Shown: positions 31,563 to 41,001 of the stretch, in pieces
How the letters are laid out: the number at the start of each line of letters is the position of its first letter
Numbering within the stretch: position 1 is the first letter of the stretch
NCBI GenBank assembly: GCA_963674705.1
Contig: OY771506.1
Location: 4,768,001 to 4,832,000 of the forward strand
Direction of reading: 5' to 3'
Length of the DNA stretch: 64,000 nt
Source: Phycisphaeraceae bacterium
Lineage (GTDB): Bacteria; Planctomycetota; Phycisphaerae; Phycisphaerales; Phycisphaeraceae
Notes under the pieces: model-generated
Told to the model about the DNA's origin: nothing
The model's database searches: none
What the model saw: the letters and a program-made list of their open reading frames with translations, nothing else
Position numbers and translations under genes: made by a program

Positions 31563-32360
31563 ATGGAACGCAAGAGAAACGGATTCACGCTCATCGAACT
31601 GCTGGTGGTAATCTCCATAATCGCCCTGCTCGTGGGCATCCTTTTGCCCGCCCTGGGCGCAGCTCGTCGGACAGCCCAAGCGACCAAATGCCTTTCCAAC
31701 CAGCGCCAGATCGGCATCGCGCTGATGGGCTACACCGTAGACAACAACGCTTTCTACCCCCCGGTACTCGACTTCGCCCTGCTCGTTGGGCAACGCGGCG
31801 AGACCGACCACTTCCAAAACCGCGCTTTCGCACCCGGCAGTGTTGATCCCGATGATGCACCGCGGCCATTAATGGATGAACAATACCTGGGTGATCCCGA
31901 CGTAGCCGAATGCCCTTCCGACATCGGTGACTCGATCAATCCGAATGGCGAAGTCATCGATAACTGCTTTAGCGCGTACGGCACAAGCTACCGCACGATG
32001 ATTGATATCCAGGGGCCATCAGCCACACCAAACCAAACCGTCAACAACGCGCTTTACTATGTGGATTACGTTGGCTGGAACACACAGACACTCGATCGCT
32101 GGATGCGGCCCAAGCGGATCGGTGATTTCGATCGAGGTGCATCCAAGAAGATTGTCTGTGGAGATTGGAACTGGTTCCCGGATCATCACTGGTCGGAAGC
32201 CAAGACGCGCTGGCATGATACGGGCGACCGTACTTTTAACATGGTGTTCGCGGATGGGCATGCAGAACGGTTCACTTTCGGCACAGATGTTGAGACTGCT
32301 GCACACGGCACCAGCGCTTACTACGGCAAAGTTGATCCCGACGAGCACGGATATTGGTAA
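31563..32360 (+). CDS. prepilin-type / H-X9-DG (DUF1559-like) protein
   Basis: [46 protein letters not shown]. Confidence 0.9.
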   Translation: MERKRNGFTLIELLVVISIIALLVGILLPALGAARRTAQATKCLSNQRQIGIALMGYTVDNNAFYPPVLDFALLVGQRGETDHFQNRAFAPGSVDPDDAPRPLMDEQYLGDPDVAECPSDIGDSINPNGEVIDNCFSAYGTSYRTMIDIQGPSATPNQTVNNALYYVDYVGWNTQTLDRWMRPKRIGDFDRGASKKIVCGDWNWFPDHHWSEAKTRWHDTGDRTFNMVFADGHAERFTFGTDVETAAHGTSAYYGKVDPDEHGYW

Positions 32361-32427
32361 ACCCATGCGCGTACATGGCGTGTAATGCGGTAAGACTTGA
32401 ATAACAGTCTATTTGGAGGATTTGGAT

Positions 32428-34164
32428 ATGCAGTTGAAGACTCATACGACCGCCCTGATGAGCATGCTGGTATTGGGCATGACAGGTGCTAACGTATACG
32501 CTGCGGTTAATGGATCAGATAATGTTGACGATCCGGCATACATCGGCGGACTCGCGGGTGGGACCAATGGCGGCTCAGGCTTCTTGCCATGGACCTTGAC
32601 TCAGAATGCCACGACGAATGGTTATGCCGGGTTTTATGCCGGCAATCCCGGTGGCATCGATAATATCGCTTCGCCAAGCGGCAATGTCTGGGCATCGTAT
32701 GCCAACAAGGGCGACGGCGTTGATCAGACGACCGCATACCGTGGCTTTGTTGAGTCACTCGACGGTGTTGGCGACTCATTCTCGATCTCTCTGGAGAATG
32801 GCTATATCAATGGCACAGCCGGATTCTCGCTACGAAACGGAAACGTTACGACCACGGCCAGCGACTTCTCCTCCGGCGCTCGGATGGAATTACAACTCAA
32901 TGGCGGTGACTCGACTTACACGCTCGTGGATGCCGATGGTGAATATGATACAGGCGTGGGCTTCAGCTTTTTCGGCATCGATGCCACTGTCTACATGACC
33001 GGCGCCGATACCTATGACATCGAGATCATTCGATACAACGAGCCGAATGATCCAAACCCGCAAATCACCATCATCTCCGGTCGAACGCTGGCCGGGAGCG
33101 GAACGATCGACTCAGTCGCCATCTACAACCAGGACACCGAAACCCAATCCGACGCTTTCTTCAACAACCTCAGTTACACCTCCGGCGTTAATTCGGGCTC
33201 GGACACCACGTTGAATCCTGATTACGACTTCGGCTGGTTCGCCGCCACCGGTGACATCGGTACGGGACTGGGTCCCTGGGAGTTTGCTTACGGCCCAAGC
33301 GCCAGCGGCTTTGCCGGCTTCTTCTTACAGGAGAACCCGGGTAACGGCATTGACAACGTCGGACAGCCTACCGTACAGGACGGCAGCGCCTGGGCCATCT
33401 ATGCCAACAAAGGCGACGACGTTGATAGTGCTACCGCTTACCGCACATTCGATGATCCGCTATCGGACAGCGGCGACAGTTTTACAGTCGCATTTGAGAA
33501 CGGGTTTATTGACACCAATGGCAAGGTCGGCTTCACACTCCGCAACGGCAACACCACTGCGCTCACCGACGACTACAACACCGATGCCCGTCTCGAATTC
33601 TTCTTCAACGGCGGAGATGGCAACTTTACGATCGTTGATGCCGACGGTGAATTCGATACCGGTGTGCCTTTCACGTTTTTCGGCGTGGAAGTGAGCGTCA
33701 CCCTGACCAGTGCGGATTCCTACGACATAGAAATCTTGCGCTTCGATGAAGCAAACGACGCCACTCCCGAGATCACAACCATCAACGGTCGTACACTGAC
33801 CGGCTCCGGCTCGATCGATTCGCTTGCGATTTTCTCACGAGATGCCGCGACACAAAGCGATTTATTCTTCAACAATCTTAGTATCATCACCGATGCAACT
33901 ATCATCCTGCCGGGCGATCTTAACGGAGACGGCTTTGTCGGCCTCGACGACCTGGACATCATCCTCATTCATTGGAACCAGAACGTCACCCCGGGTGATC
34001 TACTGCTCGGTGATGTGACCGGCGATGGGTATGTCGGTCTCAGCGATCTCGACGAGGTGCTCAACAACTGGAACACCGGCACACCACCAACCTCGGTCGT
34101 CCCCGAACCCGAGACCGTGGCGCTACTCACGTTGGGCGGGTTGGCAATGATGAAGCGTCGTTAA
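32428..34164 (+). CDS. PEP-CTERM protein with two tandem ~230-aa domains and dockerin-like module
   Basis: GGAGGA RBS; internal duplication (YANKGD..AYR.F..GDSF..ENG twice); GDLNGDGFVGLDDL; VPEPET tail. Confidence 0.88.
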   Translation: MQLKTHTTALMSMLVLGMTGANVYAAVNGSDNVDDPAYIGGLAGGTNGGSGFLPWTLTQNATTNGYAGFYAGNPGGIDNIASPSGNVWASYANKGDGVDQTTAYRGFVESLDGVGDSFSISLENGYINGTAGFSLRNGNVTTTASDFSSGARMELQLNGGDSTYTLVDADGEYDTGVGFSFFGIDATVYMTGADTYDIEIIRYNEPNDPNPQITIISGRTLAGSGTIDSVAIYNQDTETQSDAFFNNLSYTSGVNSGSDTTLNPDYDFGWFAATGDIGTGLGPWEFAYGPSASGFAGFFLQENPGNGIDNVGQPTVQDGSAWAIYANKGDDVDSATAYRTFDDPLSDSGDSFTVAFENGFIDTNGKVGFTLRNGNTTALTDDYNTDARLEFFFNGGDGNFTIVDADGEFDTGVPFTFFGVEVSVTLTSADSYDIEILRFDEANDATPEITTINGRTLTGSGSIDSLAIFSRDAATQSDLFFNNLSIITDATIILPGDLNGDGFVGLDDLDIILIHWNQNVTPGDLLLGDVTGDGYVGLSDLDEVLNNWNTGTPPTSVVPEPETVALLTLGGLAMMKRR

Positions 34165-34272
34165 CGTGCATTCCACCGATCGTATGCAATGACCATACGC
34201 TCGGATTCTATCGTTTGCGTGAAGATGTGTAACACGCATTGAGTCTGATTCACTTTGATGGAGGAGAAAGAT

Positions 34273-35046
34273 ATGATCAACTTCGGCAAGACATGCCTCG
34301 TCGCATCGCTTGGTGTATTGCTCTCGGCGGCCACCACCCAGGCGGCGGGGATCGACAGTGACAATGCCAGCGCGGCGGTGTACGCTGACGGCTGGGATCA
34401 GTACGACGACGGATCGGTGAATCCCAACGGCTTAGGCGGTTGGGTGCTAGGTGGTAACGCCATCGATGGATCGACCATCGACATCACCAGTTCGATTAGC
34501 CTGGGCAGCGGAAGCGGCTCGATCGACAGCGCCGACGTGGCCTTCAAGATCCATGACACCACAGGCGGTTTCGTGGACCTGTTCCGCTTCTTTGATCCTG
34601 CGGGACTGGACGCCGGCGAGACTTTTTCGATCGACATGGCAGTGAACTACCGCGGTGGTTACAAAGGTATCGACCTGCGCAGCGATGTCGGTGACGCCAC
34701 GATCTTCAACTTCAACATTGGCGGTGACGATTACGCCGTCAGCCAGGCCTTAACAGGCAACGGCAGTATCGGTAACGCCTACTCAAACGACACGGTGTTC
34801 CACCTTGAGTTCACGCAAACCACGCTTGCCGGCGGCACCTGGGCGATCACCCGCTCTGGCGGTGTTTCGGACTATGATTCCGGCACCTACACCGGCCGTG
34901 CCAAGAGTTTCAAACTCTACAGCGGCAGCCAAGGAACGTTGAACGAAGATGCACTGTTCGTTAACAATCTGGCAATCATACCCGAGCCGGCCTCCCTGGC
35001 ACTACTGGGTATCGGCGGGCTGGCGATGCTCAAGCGTCGCAGTTGA
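34273..35046 (+). CDS. PEP-CTERM sorting domain protein
   Basis: GAGGAG RBS; signal peptide; IPEPASLALLGIGGLAMLKRRS. Confidence 0.88.
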   Translation: MINFGKTCLVASLGVLLSAATTQAAGIDSDNASAAVYADGWDQYDDGSVNPNGLGGWVLGGNAIDGSTIDITSSISLGSGSGSIDSADVAFKIHDTTGGFVDLFRFFDPAGLDAGETFSIDMAVNYRGGYKGIDLRSDVGDATIFNFNIGGDDYAVSQALTGNGSIGNAYSNDTVFHLEFTQTTLAGGTWAITRSGGVSDYDSGTYTGRAKSFKLYSGSQGTLNEDALFVNNLAIIPEPASLALLGIGGLAMLKRRS

Positions 35047-35193
35047 CACTGAAACTACTTCGCGCCCGGTCATATAAATATGGCCGAGCGCATTCAATTT
35101 TATGCCATGGGCATAATGACGTACTTTGCCTGAGAATACGCGTCGTAAAAGAAAGTAAGTACCTTGTTCCATAAAGCATACGACCCACAGCAG

Positions 35194-37227
35194 ATGATCG
35201 GTCATCCACGCATGTTGATGGCCGCGCTGTTGGCCGGACTATTCTTGCTGTGCACACCTGCACCGCCGACGTGGGCGATCAGTATTGCACGTATCGGTAG
35301 TGATAAGGCACGCTACGATGTGACCGAACGGGTGGAACTGGATGCGCTGTTGTCAGGAACAGTGACCGGCAATCAGGAGATCCAGATCACCTACCGCCAT
35401 CTGGCGGACATTGTGTACACAGAAACCATCCCCGTGACCTCCCGCGGGCTGAGTTGGAATTGGACACCGCCTAGCATCGACTACCGAGGTTACACCGTCG
35501 AACTGGAGGTAGTCGAAAATGGCGTGACGACGCAGACCAGTTCGTTCGCGATTGATGTCTCGTCTGACTGGGCGAAGTTCCCTCGTTACGGTTTTCTCTC
35601 GGACTATCCGAACCTGACAAATATCGGGATCGAGTCGGTCATCGACGACCTTAATCGTTACCACATTAACGGACTGCAGTTTTATGATTGGGCCGACAAG
35701 CACCACGACCCGCTCGCGGATACGGATGGTACACCCGACGCCACGTGGCAGGACATAGCCAACCGCACGCAGTATCTCTCGAGTATCTCGGAATATATCC
35801 AACAGGCCCATGATAAAAACATGATGGCGATGTCGTACAACCTCGCCTACGGCACTTACGACAACGCTGCCGCCGATGGCGTGCAGTCGTCCTGGGCGCT
35901 ATACACCGATGCCTCGGGCACGCATCAGGACATGCATCAGGTGCCCGAAGGTTGGGAGAGCGACCTGTACTTGATTGATCCATCCAACACCGACTGGCGC
36001 AACTACATCGCGGGTAAGACGGCTGAGGCGTTTAGCGCTTTAGCATTTGACGGCTGGCATATCGATCAACTCGGCGACCGTGGTAACGTCTACAACAATG
36101 CGGGCTCGCAGGTGGATCTGGCCAACGCACTCGGTCCATTCGCCGACGCGATGAAGACCTCACTTAACACCCAAACTATCGTTAACGCTGTCAATCAGTT
36201 CGGCCAGTCAAGCATCGTAAACTCAAATGTCGAATTCCTATACACGGAGGTCTGGAACCCGAACAATCATTACAACGACTTGGCCACGATCATCCAGAAC
36301 AACTACGCGCTGAGCAGCGGACGGTTGAACAGCGTCCTTGCCGCTTACGTGAATTATAACCCTGACAACGAGGTGGGCACGTTCAACACCACCTCGGTCT
36401 TGCTCACCGATGCGGTTATCTTCGCCTTTGGTGGAGCTCATCTGGAGTTGGGCGAACACATGCTGGCAAATGAGTACTTCCCTGCCGACAATCAGCAGAT
36501 GACGTTGGACCTGCGTGACCGACTCACAATGTACTACGACTTCCTGGTCGGCTACGAAAACCTGCTACGCGACGGCGGGACGTTCGGATCCAACACGATG
36601 CGTTCAAGTAACACCGACGTCACCATGTGGCCGGCCCAGCAAGGTAAAGTCTCGATCGTCAACAAAACAGTTGGGGATCGTGAGGTATTCCACCTGATCA
36701 ACTTCACCGATGCGGTAAATATGGACTGGCGCGATACGGACGGTTTGCAGCCTGAGCCCTCGGTGATTCCCGACATCGTCCTGAGTTTCATCAGTGAACA
36801 GATCATCGGCAAGTTGTGGGCAACATCACCGGACAACGGAGGCTTGCCAACCGAATTAAGCTTCACACAGGATGGTTCTGGGCTGGTGAGTTTCACTTTG
36901 CCATCACTGGAATACTGGACGATGATCGTGGCTGAGCCGGTCCTTCAGCTTGAAGGTGACGTCAATGGTGATGGATACGTCGGGCTGGAAGACCTGGATG
37001 TGCTGCTTAACAACTGGAACCAGAGCGTACCGGTTGGCGACAAGAGCCAGGGCGACCTTGCGGGAATCGGCGATGGATTCGTCGGCCTTGAAGATCTGGA
37101 CATCATCCTCAACAACTGGAACGCCGGCACACCGCCAGTTGTCAGTGCCAATATCCCAGAGCCAACCGCCTGTGTGATTGTCATGGGATATCTGTCTGTA
37201 CTCAGTCTGCGAAGATGTACAGCTTGA
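35194..37227 (+). CDS. GH66 dextranase / cycloisomaltooligosaccharide glucanotransferase with dockerin-like module and PEP-CTERM
   Basis: DVSSDWAKFPRYG, HINGLQFYDW, FDGWHIDQLG, YTEVW, GGAHLELGEHMLANEYFP; start uncertain (35164-35218). Confidence 0.9.
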   Translation: MIGHPRMLMAALLAGLFLLCTPAPPTWAISIARIGSDKARYDVTERVELDALLSGTVTGNQEIQITYRHLADIVYTETIPVTSRGLSWNWTPPSIDYRGYTVELEVVENGVTTQTSSFAIDVSSDWAKFPRYGFLSDYPNLTNIGIESVIDDLNRYHINGLQFYDWADKHHDPLADTDGTPDATWQDIANRTQYLSSISEYIQQAHDKNMMAMSYNLAYGTYDNAAADGVQSSWALYTDASGTHQDMHQVPEGWESDLYLIDPSNTDWRNYIAGKTAEAFSALAFDGWHIDQLGDRGNVYNNAGSQVDLANALGPFADAMKTSLNTQTIVNAVNQFGQSSIVNSNVEFLYTEVWNPNNHYNDLATIIQNNYALSSGRLNSVLAAYVNYNPDNEVGTFNTTSVLLTDAVIFAFGGAHLELGEHMLANEYFPADNQQMTLDLRDRLTMYYDFLVGYENLLRDGGTFGSNTMRSSNTDVTMWPAQQGKVSIVNKTVGDREVFHLINFTDAVNMDWRDTDGLQPEPSVIPDIVLSFISEQIIGKLWATSPDNGGLPTELSFTQDGSGLVSFTLPSLEYWTMIVAEPVLQLEGDVNGDGYVGLEDLDVLLNNWNQSVPVGDKSQGDLAGIGDGFVGLEDLDIILNNWNAGTPPVVSANIPEPTACVIVMGYLSVLSLRRCTA

Positions 37228-37819
37228 GTCCGGCTTGACTTCTTCTGCTCGCGACTGACAACAGGTTGTTTATGTGTATTGCAGTTACCCAGCGGATTGT
37301 GTTTTGGATTATCGGCAAGTTATCGACACGTTCTTACGAGCTAGAGTCCAAAATTACACACAAGTGGGATACGACATAATTAGCGACTGCGTCTTTTCGA
37401 TAGAAGTTCGCATGAAACTATGCAATTCTGCCCAGTTGCTCCTCGGATAATTGACACTGTTGCTGTACCATGGCTGAGGACAACCGTTCAATGCACTCTG
37501 ATTAATGTAGCAGTTCAAGTTTGCCAAAGGTACGATGCTCCTCCAAAACATATTCATTTACTTCAGACCTACGTTATTAGGTCCGAATATAACGTCACTG
37601 TAGATAATACTCGGTGTTGTGACCTCACCCCACACAAAGGGTGAGGTCATAAGATAAGAGTGCAATGTGTATCACATGGACTATATATAGATTGCCCCGC
37701 CAACAGCACAACTTGAACGGATTCGCAAAACGGTAGAACGACGGTCAATACGGTCAACCATATTCACAAGTGCGCCTTCACCTATTCTGTAAAACTGAGA
37801 TCATACAAACAGATGCAAA

Positions 37820-37862
37820 TGGGCCCGGCAGGGCTTGAACCTGCGACCTCACCCTTATCAGG
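37820..37862 (-). tRNA. tRNA-Ile(GAT) 3' half only (att-site remnant), copy 1
   Basis: Minus strand CCTGATAAGGGTGAGGTCGCAGGTTCAAGCCCTGCCGGGCCCA: anticodon loop, T-arm and acceptor 3' strand; 5' half absent. Confidence 0.85.
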
Positions 37863-38290
37863 CAAACACCCGCAAAACACGTAAGCCAATTACACACAGC
37901 ATCTTAACCCCAAATCACACTTTCGCAATTCTTCGCATTCTTTCGCATTTTGTCGCGTTTTTTCGCGGTAACCCCATCACTTTTTCGCTTAAGTGAAGGA
38001 GATACTTTCTGCGGTTTCATCGCAATATACCGCCATGGCATCGAGTTAAAAAGTACCACCAACTACTAACAGACGCATGAAGATATGCCCTTCCACGGCC
38101 AGCAGCACAGGTCAGGATCAGCTAAATGAACACCAACATAAAATACCCTTAATCCCAGTTTCCCTACCCATCCGGTTCGTTATCGTGCTTCGATTAGTGT
38201 GGCCTGATCAATCCACACTGCCCCCCGCCCCCCAGCCGGACGTTGGAATTGGAACGTAACCTGTGGTCTTGACCCCGTCCTTGGCCCACG

Positions 38291-39151
38291 TCAAGTGCAA
38301 CTTGTACAGTGTAACTCAGGTTGGGTTGGCGGTGGAGGCGCAGCCGGAATCGCCACCCCAACCTGAGCCACGAACTGCTCCGGGGTCTGATTCTTCAGGC
38401 TGCTGTGCGGACGCACCGCGTTGTAATCATTACGCCAAGCCTCGATCTTTTCGCAGGCGTCGTTCAGGCTCAAGAACCAATGTGTATTCAAACACTCCTG
38501 GCGGAATCGCGCGTTGAACGACTCGATCGTCGCGTTCTCAGTCGGCTTGCCGGGCCGGCTGAAGTCCAGCTTCACGTTGTTCCAATACGCCCATAGGTCC
38601 ACGTCCTTCGAGATAAACTCCGGGCCGTTATCCACCTGGATCGACGACGGGAATCCGTGCTCCGTTGCCACGCGCTCCAGCACCTCGACCACGTCGATTC
38701 CTCGGACACGTGGAGCCGCGTGTAGCGCCAACGACTCTCGGGTACAGTTGTCAACCAGCGTGAGTACCCGGAACCGCCGGCCATCGAACAGTTGATCCGA
38801 CACGAAGTCCATCGACCAACGCTGGTTCTTCTTCTCCGCCGTCGGCAGCACTTCACGTTTTACGCACGCTACACGGCGTCCGGGCACCTTCTTACGCATG
38901 ACCAGGCCCTCTTGCTTGTACAACCGGTACACCCGCTTGGCGTTCACCCGCCAGCCTTCGCGTCGAAGCAGCACATGCAACCGACGGTAGCCGTACGCCA
39001 CGCGCGTTTCGGCCAGTTCCGGCAACCGACACCGAAGCGCCTCCTGCGGCGACTTCACCGATAAGTACCGAACCGTTGATCGTCCAACCCCCAACGCATC
39101 ACATGCCCGCCTCTCGCTGACCCGGTAAGCCACTATCGTTCGGCCCACCAA
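38291..39151 (-). CDS. IS3 transposase OrfB (DDE integrase core)
   Basis: YGYRR, WSMDF, VDNGPEF, PGKP..IESFN. Confidence 0.9.
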   Translation of the reverse strand: MVGRTIVAYRVSERRACDALGVGRSTVRYLSVKSPQEALRCRLPELAETRVAYGYRRLHVLLRREGWRVNAKRVYRLYKQEGLVMRKKVPGRRVACVKREVLPTAEKKNQRWSMDFVSDQLFDGRRFRVLTLVDNCTRESLALHAAPRVRGIDVVEVLERVATEHGFPSSIQVDNGPEFISKDVDLWAYWNNVKLDFSRPGKPTENATIESFNARFRQECLNTHWFLSLNDACEKIEAWRNDYNAVRPHSSLKNQTPEQFVAQVGVAIPAAPPPPTQPELHCTSCT

Positions 39152-39171
39152 GTTACGCCTGGAGGCGGGCT

Positions 39172-39435
39172 TCAGAGCTTTCCCTTGAGGGCATCCTGAA
39201 GGATGTGCTTGTCTAGTGACAGGTCCGCCACCAGCTGCTTGAGCTTGCGGTTCTCCTGCTCCAACTGCTTGAGTCGACGCATCTCAGACACGCCTAGCCC
39301 GTCAAACTTCTGCTTCCAGCGGTAGAACATCGCCTCGGAAATACCCATCTTCCGCACGACCTCACTGACCGCCGTGCCCGACTACGCCTGCCGTAACGCG
39401 AACGCGATCTGGGCTTCCGTGTGTCGTTTCATCAT
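39172..39435 (-). pseudogene. IS3 transposase OrfA with internal stop
   Basis: MMKRHTEAQIAFALRQA*SGTAVSEVVRKMGISEAMFYRWK; TAG at 39382-39384; AAGGAG RBS. Confidence 0.85.
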
Positions 39436-39538
39436 CAGTTGCTCCTTTCTGGTGGCCTAACATCATCCAAAAAGTCGCATTCGATGTGGAGCAGATTCCC
39501 GGGTCAAGACCAAAATGGACCGTTTGACTCCTAAGGGA

Positions 39539-40447
39539 TCAATTCTTGGCAAATAGACGTCGTTGGGCAGCACGGGCGATCGAGACAACCGCAGGATGTT
39601 TCATACGTCGTTCCATGGATACAGCGTAAAATCGTTCAGTGACTTGCGGGACTTCACCGATCGGTTTCACGCCGTACTGTTTCTGAATTTCATCTACGAT
39701 AGCGGTTGGCCCCGGGAAAACGCCAGCCCCCTGATGCCCGAATACTTTCAGAAGCGCGGTATCCTCAAACTCGGCCCGGATCAATGGGCTGATGTCTTCA
39801 TTGTCGAACCAAAGATCAAGCGCCCGCCGTACGAGTGTATTGGGTGTAGGCAGAAGTACCGGCGCCCCATCCAGCGATTGTGGGAATCGGCGGCGGTAGC
39901 GAGGCGCCACATCCGGCTGAGCAAAGAAGGTAACCGTACACTCGCCCAGTGCGTGGTTATAAGCCCGGACGCCAGTGTCAGCGGTGGCTGGGCTTTCAGT
40001 AATGACCACATCCAGTTCGTGGATCGCCAACTGAGCCAGGAGTTGTGTGGGTTTGCCCTCGTAACAGATCATGCGTACCGGCTCGGGTATCTCCAAGGCG
40101 GGTGCCAGCAGCCGCTGTGCCATCATCTTGGGAACCACGTCTGCGATCCCCACCTGGAACCGTAGCGGGCTGCCCGCCGGCCGGCCCTTGAGTGTGTCCA
40201 TGAGGTCCTTGCCGATCGTAAATATCTCATCAGCGTATCGGTAGACGACCTGTCCGGTATCGGTCAGCACCAGCCGTCGGCCGGAACGCTCGAAAAGCGA
40301 GTGTCCCAGCGCCAGCTCGAGTTTGCGTAGCTGAGCGCTGACGGTGGGCTGGGTCACATTCAGCTCCTCACAGGCGGCGGCGATCGACCCGGCCCGAGCG
40401 ACTGTCCAGAAGTACAGCAGGTGGTGGTAGTTAAGCCAATCTAGCAT
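39539..40447 (-). CDS. nhaR: LysR-family Na+-responsive activator NhaR
   Basis: LNYHHLLYFW..GSI, VGIADVVPK, LAIHELDVV, EFEDTALLKVFG, ERRMKHPAV. Confidence 0.88.
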   Translation of the reverse strand: MLDWLNYHHLLYFWTVARAGSIAAACEELNVTQPTVSAQLRKLELALGHSLFERSGRRLVLTDTGQVVYRYADEIFTIGKDLMDTLKGRPAGSPLRFQVGIADVVPKMMAQRLLAPALEIPEPVRMICYEGKPTQLLAQLAIHELDVVITESPATADTGVRAYNHALGECTVTFFAQPDVAPRYRRRFPQSLDGAPVLLPTPNTLVRRALDLWFDNEDISPLIRAEFEDTALLKVFGHQGAGVFPGPTAIVDEIQKQYGVKPIGEVPQVTERFYAVSMERRMKHPAVVSIARAAQRRLFAKN

Positions 40448-40487
40448 TTTCGACTCCCTGCGACCCGAATGATTGCGGCCACATATA

Positions 40488-40504
40488 CATAGATTTTATC
40501 TATG
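40488..40504. promoter_or_regulatory. LysR box (T-N11-A dyad) CATAGAT-TTT-ATCTATG
   Basis: 7-bp inverted repeat in the divergent nhaR intergenic region. Confidence 0.65.
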
Positions 40505-40578
40505 AATTATATCATTGTTTCGTTATTGTCAATGTGGCCACCGAGGCTAATCTTCTGGTAAATGAATAGGAGTCAGGT

Positions 40579-40944
40579 ATGCGAGTCGAGATAGAGTCAC
40601 GAGAAGTCGCGGTCACAAGCCAGCAACGTCAGCGTTTCGAGCGGCAATTGACCTACTCACTGAGTCGATTCGACCGTCTCATACAACGCGTCATGGTGAG
40701 TATCGAACGACTCAGGGGCCCCACAGGCGGGCTTGATCATCGATGCCGTATACAGGCAAAACTGACAGGACGGCTGACGATAGTCGCGGATGTAAGAGAT
40801 GTGAGTCTGGAACACGTTCTGCACCGGGCATCGGCCCGGGTGGCACGAAGGTTGAGAGAAAAACTGAACAGCCAGGCCGAGAAGTACAAAGCGCATCCTG
40901 TGCCGCCCGGCTCCCCTGAGGTGATCTGGATCAGTGAATTTTAA
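40579..40944 (+). CDS. HPF/RaiA-like family protein
   Basis: LSRFDRLIQRV.V....GPTGGLDHRCRI pattern; AGGAG RBS; divergent from nhaR. Confidence 0.7.
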   Translation: MRVEIESREVAVTSQQRQRFERQLTYSLSRFDRLIQRVMVSIERLRGPTGGLDHRCRIQAKLTGRLTIVADVRDVSLEHVLHRASARVARRLREKLNSQAEKYKAHPVPPGSPEVIWISEF

Positions 40945-41001
40945 TGAGAATGGTTTGAGACTGTCTTACTGAACGCAAAGCAAGTGAATTGGAGATCAAC
41001 G

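Larger units (their letters stand above)
38264..39512 (-). mobile_element. IS3-family element (IS407-group-like), probably inactive
   Basis: Ends TGGTCTTGACCC / GGGTCAAGACCA within ~40-bp imperfect inverted repeats; orfA and orfB inside. Confidence 0.9.

Noticed and set aside
37230..37570. Minus-strand frame that reads protein-like through several stops (..EVNEYVLEEH..LSEEQLGRIA..)
   Set aside because: No recognisable family or start; cannot be distinguished from noise without a search.
38090..38260. Hairpin (38196-38219) and riboswitch-like words left of the IS3
   Set aside because: No complete known aptamer and no downstream gene to regulate.
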